From contig CAWGHO010000002.1 of assembly GCA_963822445.1 (NCBI GenBank), positions 704,001 to 768,000 on the forward strand: a stretch of DNA of 64,000 nucleotides. The letters run 5' to 3'. This DNA is from an uncultured Acidobacteriota bacterium (GTDB lineage Bacteria > Acidobacteriota > Thermoanaerobaculia > Gp7-AA8). The position numbers were made by a program, and so were the translations under genes. The notes below the pieces were generated by a model, which saw nothing but the letters and a program-made list of their open reading frames with translations, made no database searches and was not told the DNA's origin. This document shows, one piece after another, positions 1-10,754 of the stretch (the first letter of the stretch is position 1; each line of letters opens with the position of its first letter).

Positions 1-1267
1 TGCCCTTCGATTCGCGCAGCACGAGCTCCAGCGCCCGATCCTGGGAAAGCGACTGCCTGAGGGACTCGTATCCGCCCTCGTGCTTGAGGTGGTGCTTGAC
101 CTCGGCGAAGTCGCGGCCCTGCTCGTTCGCGGCGCGGCGGATCTCGGCGTCCACTTCCACGTCGCTCACGCTCAGGTTTTCTTTCCTGGCAATGGCCTCG
201 AGGATCAGCGAACGCTTCACCCGCTTGACCGCCTCGGGACGGAAGTCCTCGCCGAGCTTCCGCCAGTCGATCTCCGCCGTCTCCAGGTTCACGCCCTGCG
301 AGACGAGGTAGCGGGCGTAGTTGTTCAGCGACTTCCCGAGCTCGTCCTCGACCAGCGTCTCCGGCACGTCGAACGTGTGTTTCGCCAGGAGCTGCTCGCC
401 GACCTGATTGCGTTTGAACCGCACCGCTTCGGCCTCGCGATGCTTGCGGATGTCCGCCGAGATCACCTCGCGCATCTGCTCCGCGGTATCCCATCCGCCG
501 ACGCTCTTCGCAAAGTCGTCGGTCACTTCCGGCAGCTCGCGCGTCGCCAGCGCCTTCAGCGTGACGTCGAAGTGCACGTTCTTGCCGCGCCACTCTTCGT
601 TCTCAGTGTCCTCGCCAAACGCGCGATCGAACGAGATCGTCTCTTCCGGCTGTTTGCCCTGCAGCTTCTCGTGCAGTTCGGGCAGCGGACTCTCTTCGCC
701 GAGGGTGACCTCGCCGGAGCGGGTCGAGGGCTCGCCGCCTTCGGCCGTGGAAGTCAGGTCGATCGTGGCCACGTCGCCGTCCTGGGCGCCGCGGTCGGTG
801 ACCGGGCGGAGATGGCTCATCGAGCCGCGCAGACGCTCGATCATCGCGTCGACGTCGGTGTCGGTGATCTCGATCTTCGGCTCTTCGATCTCGAGGCCGC
901 GGTACTCGCCGAGCTCGATCTGCGGCTTGACCTCGAACTTCGCCTTGAACTTCATCGGCGCGCCTTCGATCAGGGCGTCGATGTGCTCGAGGTGCGGTTC
1001 GCCGACGGGCTCGAGGCCCTTCTCTTTCATGATGTCGCGGAAGGTCTGGCCGAGGAGACGGCTGACGACTTCCTCCTCGATTTCCTTGGCGAAGCGGGTG
1101 CGGACCACGCTCGCGGGGACCTTGCCGGGACGGAAGCCGGGCACTTTCGCGGCTTTGCTGAACTCACCGGTGACGCGGCGCGATTCGCTGGTGATCAGAT
1201 CCGCGGGGATCTCGACCTCCACCGATTTGGAGACAGGAGAGTGATCTTCGAAGTTGAGGACAGTCAT
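1..1267 (-). CDS. tig: Trigger factor (runs off the left edge of the window)
   Basis: Manual translation MTVLNFEDHSPVSKSVEVEIP...KVPGFRPGKVP contains the GFRxGxxP ribosome-binding signature; located downstream of tRNA-Leu as is typical. Confidence 0.95.
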   Translation of the reverse strand, partial: MTVLNFEDHSPVSKSVEVEIPADLITSESRRVTGEFSKAAKVPGFRPGKVPASVVRTRFAKEIEEEVVSRLLGQTFRDIMKEKGLEPVGEPHLEHIDALIEGAPMKFKAKFEVKPQIELGEYRGLEIEEPKIEITDTDVDAMIERLRGSMSHLRPVTDRGAQDGDVATIDLTSTAEGGEPSTRSGEVTLGEESPLPELHEKLQGKQPEETISFDRAFGEDTENEEWRGKNVHFDVTLKALATRELPEVTDDFAKSVGGWDTAEQMREVISADIRKHREAEAVRFKRNQVGEQLLAKHTFDVPETLVEDELGKSLNNYARYLVSQGVNLETAEIDWRKLGEDFRPEAVKRVKRSLILEAIARKENLSVSDVEVDAEIRRAANEQGRDFAEVKHHLKHEGGYESLRQSLSQDRALELVLRESKG

Positions 1268-1300
1268 GGCTGGTGGGTACCTCTCGGATGGATGCAGGCC

Positions 1301-1386
1301 TGGTGCGAAAGGTGGGACTCGAACCCACACGGCTTTGGGCCACTGGCTCCTAAGACCAGCGCGTCTGCCAGTTCCGCCACTTTCGC
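1301..1386 (-). tRNA. tRNA-Leu(TAG)
   Basis: Reverse complement GCGAAAGTGGCGGAACTGGCAGACGCGCTGGTCTTAGGAGCCAG...GGTTCGAGTCCCACCTTTCGCACCA; long variable arm, T-loop, encoded CCA. Confidence 0.97.
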
Positions 1387-1416
1387 TTCTGACAACTTAC
1401 CCGGGCGCTGCAGGTG

Positions 1417-1492
1417 TGGTGCCCCCACTAGGACTCGAACCTAGAACCAACAGATTAAGAGTCTGCTGCTCTACCAATTGAGCTATGGAGGC
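1417..1492 (-). tRNA. tRNA-Lys(CTT)
   Basis: Reverse complement GCCTCCATAGCTCAATTGGTAGAGCAGCAGACTCTTAATCTGTTGGTTCTAGGTTCGAGTCCTAGTGGGGGCACCA, 76 nt. Confidence 0.97.
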
Positions 1493-1536
1493 CTGGCGTA
1501 CCGGCTCGGGGAACCCGCTACAACAAGCGGACGCGG

Positions 1537-1565
1537 AAACTATTTCGGTTCCAACGACTTGTCAA
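1537..1565 (-). promoter_or_regulatory. sigma70-type promoter for tRNA-Lys/tRNA-Leu/tig
   Basis: TTGACA-17 nt-TAGTTT followed by a GC-rich discriminator (CCGCGTCC). Confidence 0.7.
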
Positions 1566-2107
1566 GCAAGCATTTCCTCGGTGCGGCGGAGGTAGTGCCA
1601 GCCCGAGAAAAGCGTGGCCACCAGCGACAGACGGAAGAGGATCTCCGTGACTCCCAGAAGCCCCGGCGCGAACGCGTTCACGGCGATGACGGCGGCCAGA
1701 GTCACCGCCTGCAGCACGGTGGAGGCCTTGCCGGCGATCGACGGCGGAAACTTCTTGATCTGGATCCGCGTGTAGAGCAGGTACGCGAACAAGGCGATCA
1801 AAAAGTCGCGGATGAACACCGCGAAGGTCAGCCAACCGGGAATCCGCGCCACGGGCGTCGAATCGGCGAAGGTGTAGTAGACGAAGCCGCAGACCATCAG
1901 CGTCTTGTCCGCCGCCGGATCGAGCAACGCGCCCAGCCGCGATTTGAGATTCATCTTCCGCGCGATCATCCCGTCGAGGATGTCCGTCACCGCCGCGGTC
2001 ACGAAAATCACGAACGCCGCGGCATACATCCCCTTCACCGAGGCGTAGAGGAAGCAGGGCACGAGCAGAAAACGGCCGATGGTGAGGATGTTGGGAAGGG
2101 TGAACAA
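1562..2107 (-). CDS. pgsA: CDP-alcohol phosphatidyltransferase (PgsA-like)
   Basis: PNILTIGR N-terminus and DxxDGxxARxxxxxSxxGxxxDxxxD motif. Confidence 0.88.
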   Translation of the reverse strand: MFTLPNILTIGRFLLVPCFLYASVKGMYAAAFVIFVTAAVTDILDGMIARKMNLKSRLGALLDPAADKTLMVCGFVYYTFADSTPVARIPGWLTFAVFIRDFLIALFAYLLYTRIQIKKFPPSIAGKASTVLQAVTLAAVIAVNAFAPGLLGVTEILFRLSLVATLFSGWHYLRRTEEMLA

Positions 2108-2112
2108 ACGCG

Positions 2113-2793
2113 TCAGACTTCAGCGCGGAACTGATCGAGCGCCGTCTTCCTGAGATAGATCGTCTTCCCCTCGGACAGCAACAGGTTCTGCCGCATCAGG
2201 TCGTGAATCAGCCGCGAAACGGTCTCGCGGGACGTGCCGATCATGTTCGCGATCGACTGGTGTGTCGGACGGGTCACGGCGACGTATCCGTTGTCGAGCA
2301 TCTTTCCGTTCTCTTTGGCCAGGTCGAGGAAGAAGCGGGCCAGACGGCCGTATACGTCCATCGTCGCCAGCGATTCGATCCGGTTCGAAGCTTGTCGCAG
2401 CCGCTGCGAAATCTCGGCGAGCACTTTCTTGGTGATGTCGAAGTTCTCCGCGAGGATCTGCAGAAAATCGCTGCGCCAGATCGTGACCAGCTCCAGGGGC
2501 TCAGTCGCCACCACCGTCGCCGAACGAGGCTCGTCGTCGAGCAGCGCCATCTCGCCGAAGAAATCGCCGGGTCCGAGGAGGGAGAGGATGATCTCCTTCC
2601 CCTCGGGCGAGATCATGGTGATCTTCACCTGCCCCTCGCGGATCAGGCAGAAAACATCGCCGCTCTCGTCCGCGTGAAAAACGACGTCGTCCTTCGCGTA
2701 GCGGCGCGTTTTCGCGACGGCGGCAATGGCCGAGAGCTCGCGCTCATCGAGATCCGCGAAGAGAGGAAACTTTCTGAAGAAGGCCGCCTGCAT
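2113..2793 (-). CDS. Crp/Fnr family transcriptional regulator
   Basis: cNMP-binding GEMALL...PRSA and HTH THQSIANMIGTSRETVSR; start reassigned to ATG 2793. Confidence 0.93.
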   Translation of the reverse strand: MQAAFFRKFPLFADLDERELSAIAAVAKTRRYAKDDVVFHADESGDVFCLIREGQVKITMISPEGKEIILSLLGPGDFFGEMALLDDEPRSATVVATEPLELVTIWRSDFLQILAENFDITKKVLAEISQRLRQASNRIESLATMDVYGRLARFFLDLAKENGKMLDNGYVAVTRPTHQSIANMIGTSRETVSRLIHDLMRQNLLLSEGKTIYLRKTALDQFRAEV

Positions 2794-2815
2794 GCGTTTC
2801 GCGCGATTGTAACCC

Positions 2816-2868
2816 GTAGAACAGACACTCCTGTCTGTTCTCGTCGCAGACAGGAGTGTCTGCTCTAC
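2816..2868. repeat. GTAG-type REP doublet (REPIN-like)
   Basis: GTAGAACAGACACTCCTGTCTG...CAGACAGGAGTGTCTGCTCTAC inverted pair between divergent genes. Confidence 0.75.
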
Positions 2869-2889
2869 GCGGTAGACTTCACCGTCACC

Positions 2890-4160
2890 GTGCCCATCAA
2901 GCGGATCATCCCTGTCTCGTCGGGGAAAGGCGGCGTGGGCAAAACCACGTTCGCGATCAACTTCGCGCTGGCCCTTTCCCGGCACGGTCGCACGGTCCTC
3001 GTCGACCTCGACACCGGCACCTCGGCCATCCGCAACGCCATCGACGTCCCGATCGGCAAGGACCTCTACCACTTCTTCCGCAAAGGCGAGTCGCTCAACG
3101 AATGCGTGACTCACCTCGACGACCGCATGGATCCCCAGCACCGCTGGCGCGACTTCGGATTCGTGGCAGGGCCGCTGCACCTCATCGACGAGATCACGAA
3201 CTTCGGCCCGGCTCACAAGGCCCGGCTGATCGAGGCCATCAACTCGCTCGACGCCGATTACGTGATTCTCGACATGCGCGCCGGCCTCGACGCGAACGTG
3301 ATCGACTTCCTGCCCTTCTCCAACTCCGGAATCCTGATCTTCACGCCCCATCTGCCGAGCGCGACCCTCGCCGCGTCGGACATCGTGAAGGCCATCCTCT
3401 TCCGCAAGCTCCGCCTGATCTTCAGCAAGGACTCGCCGTTCTTCGAGACGATCACCGACTCGACGTACGGCTTCAAGCTGATCAACAGCCTCATCGACCA
3501 GGTCGAGGACGTATACGACTCCTCGGTGCAGAGCCTCGACGCCTTCGCCCTCGACCTCGCCGAAAACCTCGGCGACCACCCCATCACCCGGACCGTGCAG
3601 ACGACCATCGACGAGTTCCGCGTGCACTACGTGCTCAATCTCTTCAACGGCGTCGATGACTCGTTCAACACGGCGGTGAAGCCGTTCCTCGACAACCTGA
3701 CCCGCAACGTCTCAGCCCGCTGCGGCGTGACGAACCTCGGCTGGATTACCAGAAGCGACACAGTTCATCGCGCGAACTGCAACCGCATTCCTGCTTTACT
3801 GCTGAACGAGGCCACGGCAAAGAAACGACCGCCGCGCGCGGAGCTCGACATCCGCTCCCTGGTCGGCCTCGATTCACCGAAGAAAATGGCAACCGCGGCG
3901 ACGACTCCGGCTCGCGCCGAGGCAGCTCTCGACGACCATCTGACCCGCCAGCTCGACACGCTGCGGTCGATGTTCGAGCAGAAGAAAGACGACGATCACT
4001 ACGCGAACTTCGACTACGTTACGCAGCGCGCTTTGTTCACCATGAAGAACCGCCGGGCCAGCGAGCTTGGCGACGTCCGCATCTACACACCGCAGGAAAT
4101 GCTCGCTTCGCTTTTCGCGAAGTCGAACGTGCCGACCACCATCGATTGGAGCGAATTGGA

Positions 4161-4164
<4 letters not shown>
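2890..4164 (+). CDS. MinD/FlhG-like P-loop ATPase with extended C-terminus
   Basis: Deviant Walker A SGKGGVGKTT, LVDLD, ILDMRAG; GTG start at 2890. Confidence 0.85.
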
Positions 4165-5715
<1,551 letters not shown>

Positions 5716-5730
<15 letters not shown>

Positions 5731-6390
5731 CCGAGTGCGGATCACGGTCCCCGCGATCCGCAACGTGTCTTTCAGTGGTTTGTAGTGGCTCGTGGCGATC
5801 CCGTTCACGAATCCTAATTCGATCGGGATCGTCACGATGCCCATCCCGCGCCGGCCGGCGCGGACGATGACTTCGCTCTCCATGTCGAAGCCGTCGGTCC
5901 GCAGTTTCACGCTGCGCAGGAGCTGCGCGGAGTAGAGCCGGAAGCCGCTCTGCGAATCGGTGATGCGCGCGCCGGACGCGATGCTGATGCACAACGCCGA
6001 AAAGCGGTTGGCCATGCGGCGGCGCGGGAGCATCTGCTCGAACAGGTGCGCGCGGCCGCCGATGATCAGGTCCGCTCGCGTCTCCCGGTGCGCTTCGATG
6101 AACGCCGGAATCTCGGACGCGAGATGCTGTCCATCGGCGTCGAGCGTGATCACTGCGTCGAATCCCCGCTCCAGCGCCCAGGCGAATCCCGTTTTGAGTG
6201 CCGCGCCTTTTCCGCGATTCACCTCGTGGCGGATGACGGTCGCGCCGACGGCTTGCGCGACTTCGCCGGTCGCGTCAGATGACCCGTCGTCGATGACCAG
6301 CACCGGCTCGACGTGCCGCCGCGACTCCACGACCACCGCGGCGATGGTCCGCTGCGCATTGAGCGCGGGGATGATCGCCGCAATCTTCAC
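5716..6390 (-). CDS. Glycosyltransferase family 2 (DPM1-like)
   Basis: IIPALN, IDDGSSD, NRGKG, LDADGQH, DSQSGFR motifs. Confidence 0.92.
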
Positions 6391-7481
6391 TCATCCTCCC
6401 GCGAGATCACGGCGCAGACGATACCGCCGCCCGCGCAGATGGAGTTGACGAGGATGTGCTGCAACTCCGGCGATTCTTCGAAGGCCAGCAACGCCGCGAT
6501 GAGCTGCAACGCTCCACCGGCCGCGTACTCGCCGAAGATCTGCTTGGTGGTCACCACGTGCGGCGGCCGGTCGCCGAACATCGCCTCCAGCGCACGCGCC
6601 TCGAGCTCGTCGCCCCGCTTCGATCCATTCGCCGAGGCGTAAATCGCATCGACGTGATCGATCCCCGCGTCGTCCATGGCCGCCTTCATCGCAGCGACGA
6701 CGGCGTTGTGATCGGTGCCCCAGTCGGAGATCGGCGCGGTCGTGTCGCGGCCGATTCCGAATCCCGAAAGCCAGCCGTAGGGCTTGCGCGTTCCCGCGCC
6801 CGCGACGAGCACCGCGCCGCCTTCGCCGAGGACGATGCCTTTGCGATCGGGATGGAAGGGGCGCGCTTCATCGGCCAGCGCACCGAGACGATCGAGGACG
6901 CTGAAGAGCATCTCGTTCGCTTCTTCCACGCCGCCGATCAGCGCAGCGCGCGTCGATCCTTTCGCAATCTGCGAGGACGCGTACATTGCCGCGGCGAGGG
7001 CCGACGATTCGCGCTGGGTGATGGTGACGTTGAAGCCGCGCAGGTTCCACTCGATGGCGATGTGGCTGCCGGGCGCGTTCGCCACCGATTCCGCGAAAAG
7101 ACCCGGCGGAGCGAGCGCCGCCCCTTTCTCCACGTATTCGCGCATGTAGTCGACGGAGGTCTGCACCGGCCCGAACGCCGTGCCGATGGCCACACCGGTG
7201 TCGGATTCAAGAGCACCGCCGCAATCCTCGATGGCCAGCTTCGCCGCCGCGACGCCGAACCGCGAGAGCCCGTTCATCCGCCGCATCTTCATCGGCGCGA
7301 TGAAGTCCTTCGCCTTGAAATCGCGGACGAGCGCGGCCCGATGCGCTTTCAGGCCGGCGGTGTCGAACTGGTCGATGTCCGCAACGGCGCTTTTGCCGGA
7401 TGCGAGGAGCGCGCGAAAGGCATCAACGCCGACCGCGCCGGGCGCGACGACACCAATCCCAGTGATGGGGATACGGGACAC
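6387..7481 (-). CDS. Ketosynthase-like, catalytically inactive (chain-length-factor-like)
   Basis: KS fold but catalytic Cys replaced (QRESSAL), HGTGT replaced by ASANGS, GH replaced by GE. Confidence 0.82.
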   Translation of the reverse strand: MSRIPITGIGVVAPGAVGVDAFRALLASGKSAVADIDQFDTAGLKAHRAALVRDFKAKDFIAPMKMRRMNGLSRFGVAAAKLAIEDCGGALESDTGVAIGTAFGPVQTSVDYMREYVEKGAALAPPGLFAESVANAPGSHIAIEWNLRGFNVTITQRESSALAAAMYASSQIAKGSTRAALIGGVEEANEMLFSVLDRLGALADEARPFHPDRKGIVLGEGGAVLVAGAGTRKPYGWLSGFGIGRDTTAPISDWGTDHNAVVAAMKAAMDDAGIDHVDAIYASANGSKRGDELEARALEAMFGDRPPHVVTTKQIFGEYAAGGALQLIAALLAFEESPELQHILVNSICAGGGIVCAVISREDE

Positions 7482-7509
7482 GGCCGCGGGTTATAGCACG
7501 CACGTTCGA

Positions 7510-7623
7510 GGGGAGCGGGCGTCCCGCCCGCGCTCGCCGGGCGTTTTCGCCCGGCGATCCTCAGCGCGTTTGTGAACGTCCGGGCAAGTTGCCCGGACGA
7601 TGCGGGCGGGACGCCCACTCCCC
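7510..7623. repeat. Four-hairpin REP cluster
   Basis: GGGGAGCGGGCGTCCCGCCCGC...GCGGGCGGGACGCCCACTCCCC outer pair with two inner hairpins; similar element at 24253. Confidence 0.7.
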
Positions 7624-7628
7624 CTCCG

Positions 7629-8819
7629 TCACACCTTCCGAAAAAGCAGCGACACGTTGCTCCCGCCGAACCCGAACGTGTTCGACAGCACGTTGGCCAT
7701 GGCCATCGGCCGCGGCGTGTGCGCGATGTAGTCGAGGCCGCACTCCGGCGCGTTTTCGCGCAGGCGCAGCGTCGGCGGCGCGATCTGGTTCTGCAACGCG
7801 AGCACAGTCACCACCGCCTCGATCGCGCCGCTCGCACCCAGGGTGTGGCCGAAGTAGGACTTGCTCGACGACACAGGCACGGCCGTTCCGACCGCCGAGA
7901 CGATCGCGCACGTTTCCGCCGCGTCGTTGAGCTGCGTCCCCGTGCCGTGCGCGTTCACGTAATCGATGGTGTCCTCGCGCCCTTCGGCCATCGCGCCGCG
8001 CATCGCCGCTTCGGCACCGCGTCCATCCTCGATCGGAGCCGTCGGATGATGCGCATCGCACGACGCGCCGTATCCGCAGAGCTCCGCGAGAATCGCCGCG
8101 CCGCGCGCAACCGCGTCGTCCCATCGCTCCAGCACCAGGAAACCGGCGCCTTCGCCGAGGGTGATGCCTTTGCGCGTCGCGCCGAACGGTGAGCACGGTT
8201 CGGGATCGACAGCCTGCAACACGTTGAAGCCGGAGTAGGTCAGCCGGCAAAGCGCGTCGCTGCCGCCGGCGACGGCCACGTCGGCGTGACGCGAGCGGAG
8301 GTAGTCCGCGGCCATGCCGATCGCCGCGCCGGCGGACGCACACGCGGTCGCGTTCGACACGACGCCGCCACCGAGCTCGAAGACTTTCGCGACGGCGTCT
8401 GAAGGTCCGGACGTTGGCTGCTGCAGCACCCGTGATGCGGGCGCGCGACGCCGACCGCTGACGAGACGACGAAAGTAGTAATCCTCACCTTCGAGCAGAC
8501 CGCCGGTCGACGTGCCGGTGGAGACGATTGTTCGCGCCCGTGGCATCGGCGAATTCGCACTCGCCTGTTCGATGGCCTCGCGCGCCGCGACTACCGCGAG
8601 TAGATCCGTCCGCGACAGCCGTTTCACCCGCGGAAGCTCATCCGCCACCTCCGCCGCCATATCCGTCGGAAACGTCTCACCGGCAAATCGCGTGAGCTTG
8701 GCGATGCCCGCGCGCGACTCGACGATCGACTTCCACACCTCGTCTTTGTTGCGCCCGATCGAGCAGATCAGCCCCATGCCGGTGACGGCGATCCGGGTGT
8801 TGAGATCAGGCTTGCGCAC
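7629..8819 (-). CDS. Beta-ketoacyl-ACP synthase (FabF-like KS)
   Basis: Cys-His-His triad: TACAS, NAHGTGT, KSYFGHTLG; C-terminal FGFGGSN. Confidence 0.93.
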   Translation of the reverse strand: MRKPDLNTRIAVTGMGLICSIGRNKDEVWKSIVESRAGIAKLTRFAGETFPTDMAAEVADELPRVKRLSRTDLLAVVAAREAIEQASANSPMPRARTIVSTGTSTGGLLEGEDYYFRRLVSGRRRAPASRVLQQPTSGPSDAVAKVFELGGGVVSNATACASAGAAIGMAADYLRSRHADVAVAGGSDALCRLTYSGFNVLQAVDPEPCSPFGATRKGITLGEGAGFLVLERWDDAVARGAAILAELCGYGASCDAHHPTAPIEDGRGAEAAMRGAMAEGREDTIDYVNAHGTGTQLNDAAETCAIVSAVGTAVPVSSSKSYFGHTLGASGAIEAVVTVLALQNQIAPPTLRLRENAPECGLDYIAHTPRPMAMANVLSNTFGFGGSNVSLLFRKV

Positions 8820-9171
8820 GGGCCAGATAGAACCTTCCCCGAACGGCTTCTACTCCATTCACACGTCCGGTTCCGCTGAATCGAAACGTGCCGCCGAAAT
8901 CGGCTTCCAGGGTCACGGTGATCTCGACCGCGTCGCCCGGCTCGATCGCGCGGAGCACTTCACAGCCGTCGATGCCGGTGAAGAATCCCTGACCTTCGAA
9001 AACGAGACCGCCGGCGAATTGAGCCATGGCTTCGACGACCATCACTTCCGCGTTCAAGGCGTCGTTCGCGGTGCAGAGGTACACCCCTTCGATCGTGCGC
9101 TCGCCGATGCGGCGTGCGGCACTCGCGGCGCGAAACGGGATCTGATGGGGAAGGCGCGCGAGCCAGTTCAA
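8806..9171 (-). CDS. FabZ/FabA-like hot-dog dehydratase
   Basis: LPHQIPF, EAMAQ, PGD motifs; TTG start overlapping the ACP stop. Confidence 0.8.
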   Translation of the reverse strand: MNWLARLPHQIPFRAASAARRIGERTIEGVYLCTANDALNAEVMVVEAMAQFAGGLVFEGQGFFTGIDGCEVLRAIEPGDAVEITVTLEADFGGTFRFSGTGRVNGVEAVRGRFYLARAQA

Positions 9172-9428
9172 GTGGCCGTCGCCAGCTTCGACTCGACGAA
9201 CTCCGCGAGCGTCGCAATCGAGCGGAACGAGTCCCGTGCGGAGCTCTCGTTCTTCACCTTGATCCCGAACTCGCTCTCCAGCATCACCACGATCTCCAGC
9301 GCGTCGATGGAGTCGAGGCCGAGGCCGCCGGCGAAGAGAGGATCGTCATCACCGATGTCGTCGGGGGTCATGTCTTCGAACTTCAACCGCTCGATGAGCA
9401 GCTCTTTCAGTTTTCGTTTGAGGTCCAT
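9168..9428 (-). CDS. Acyl carrier protein
   Basis: GLGLDSIDALE phosphopantetheine motif. Confidence 0.95.
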   Translation of the reverse strand: MDLKRKLKELLIERLKFEDMTPDDIGDDDPLFAGGLGLDSIDALEIVVMLESEFGIKVKNESSARDSFRSIATLAEFVESKLATAT

Positions 9429-9437
9429 GGACAGGGG

Positions 9438-10727
9438 TCAGAGTTTAGCAGCGGAGGGCAGCGTGTCCCACGCGATTCGCGGCGCGATCAACCCGCGCCA
9501 CTTCTGCAGTTTCACCAGCGCGAAGAACACGGCGAGCTTCAGGCGGTTGTTGCGGGTCTGGAAGATGTCGCCGGCGAGCACGCCCACGATCGCGTTCAGC
9601 AGGCCAAACCGTTCCGAGGGCTGCATGAACACCTCGAGGAATTCGCGGCGGTAAAACTGCTCGATGAACTTCAAATACGTGTCGAGGCCCTGGCTCATGT
9701 CCCGCTCGTACTTTTTCAGCGCGTCCATCGAGCCGGTGCGGAGCTTGTCGGCAATCGCCGACGCGGCGATGTCCGCGGACTTCATGGCCATGAACACGCC
9801 CGTCGAAAAGATCGGATCGATGAAGCCGGCCGCGTCGCCGATCAGCGCGAAGTTCGTGCCTACCATCTTCTTCATCCGGAACGAAAAATCCTTCCGGGCG
9901 TAGATCTCCGTGATCCGCTCGGCGTTCTTCATCCGCTCGGCGACCCACGTCGATTCGGCGATGGTCCGGTTCAACAGTTCTTCCGGCTCGAGGCCGCAGC
10001 GGAGGTAGTGCTCCCTGTCGACCACCAGCCCGACGCTCATCACTTCGGCATTGACCGGAATCAGCCAGAACCACGCATTGCGCAACACGACGATGACCGT
10101 GTTTCCCGCGTTGCGGCCGGGCGCGCGCGGCACGTTCCGATAATGCGCGAAGAATGCGATCTTCTTCAGCGACTCGATGTCGGATTTGGCGCCGACGCGA
10201 TTGCCGACGACCGCGCCGTGACCGCTGGCGTCGATGACGAAGCGAGCTTCCAGCCGTGTGGAGTAGGCCTCCGGCCTGCCTTCAGCCGCCGAGGCAGGCC
10301 GGAGGCCCACACCACACCGGTCAGGATCCGACAGGTCCACGTCGACGACAGCCGTCTCTTCACACACATCGACGCCCTGCTTCGCGGCGTTCTTCAGAAG
10401 CAGATGATCGAACTCCGCGCGCTTCACCTGATACGAACGGCGATATGGATCAGACAGCCGCTTGTCGAAACGGAAGCTGTAGCCGACCGCGCCGTCGCCG
10501 GTGACAAAGTACGCGCCGTACTTCGGGAAAAAGTCGCCTGCCATCAGCTGATCGGTGACGCCGAGGCGGTCGAAGAGGTCGTTGTTGTACGGGAGGAGCG
10601 ATTCGCCGATCTGGAAGCGCGGAAACCGCTCGCGCTCGAGCAGCGTGACCGACAGCCCCTGCTGGGCGAGAAGGGTCGCCGCGGTGCTTCCCGCGGGGCC
10701 TCCGCCGATGACAATCACGTCGCGCAT
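9438..10727 (-). CDS. Flavin-dependent halogenase-like oxidoreductase 1
   Basis: GGGPAG, PRFQIGES, PKYG (putative catalytic Lys), WFWLIP, GDAAGFIDPIFSTG. Confidence 0.82.
   Translation of the reverse strand: MRDVIVIGGGPAGSTAATLLAQQGLSVTLLERERFPRFQIGESLLPYNNDLFDRLGVTDQLMAGDFFPKYGAYFVTGDGAVGYSFRFDKRLSDPYRRSYQVKRAEFDHLLLKNAAKQGVDVCEETAVVDVDLSDPDRCGVGLRPASAAEGRPEAYSTRLEARFVIDASGHGAVVGNRVGAKSDIESLKKIAFFAHYRNVPRAPGRNAGNTVIVVLRNAWFWLIPVNAEVMSVGLVVDREHYLRCGLEPEELLNRTIAESTWVAERMKNAERITEIYARKDFSFRMKKMVGTNFALIGDAAGFIDPIFSTGVFMAMKSADIAASAIADKLRTGSMDALKKYERDMSQGLDTYLKFIEQFYRREFLEVFMQPSERFGLLNAIVGVLAGDIFQTRNNRLKLAVFFALVKLQKWRGLIAPRIAWDTLPSAAKL
10256..10317. repeat. REP doublet translated inside halogenase 1
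   Basis: GTGGAGTAGGCCTCCGGCCTGCC...GGCAGGCCGGAGGCCCACACCAC, encodes CGVGLRPASAAEGRPEAYST. Confidence 0.72.
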
Positions 10728-10754
10728 GCAGTGTTATTCTGCCTCTCCGGTCCC

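Noticed and set aside
80-1444. Long plus-strand ORF and many similar antisense ORFs (e.g. 17574-19667, 35105-36973, 51096-53129)
   Set aside because: Shadow ORFs opposite well-identified genes, as expected in high-GC DNA; no family motifs
1301-1492. tRNA-anchored genomic island
   Set aside because: Flanked by tig and pgsA; no integrase or duplicated tRNA 3' end seen
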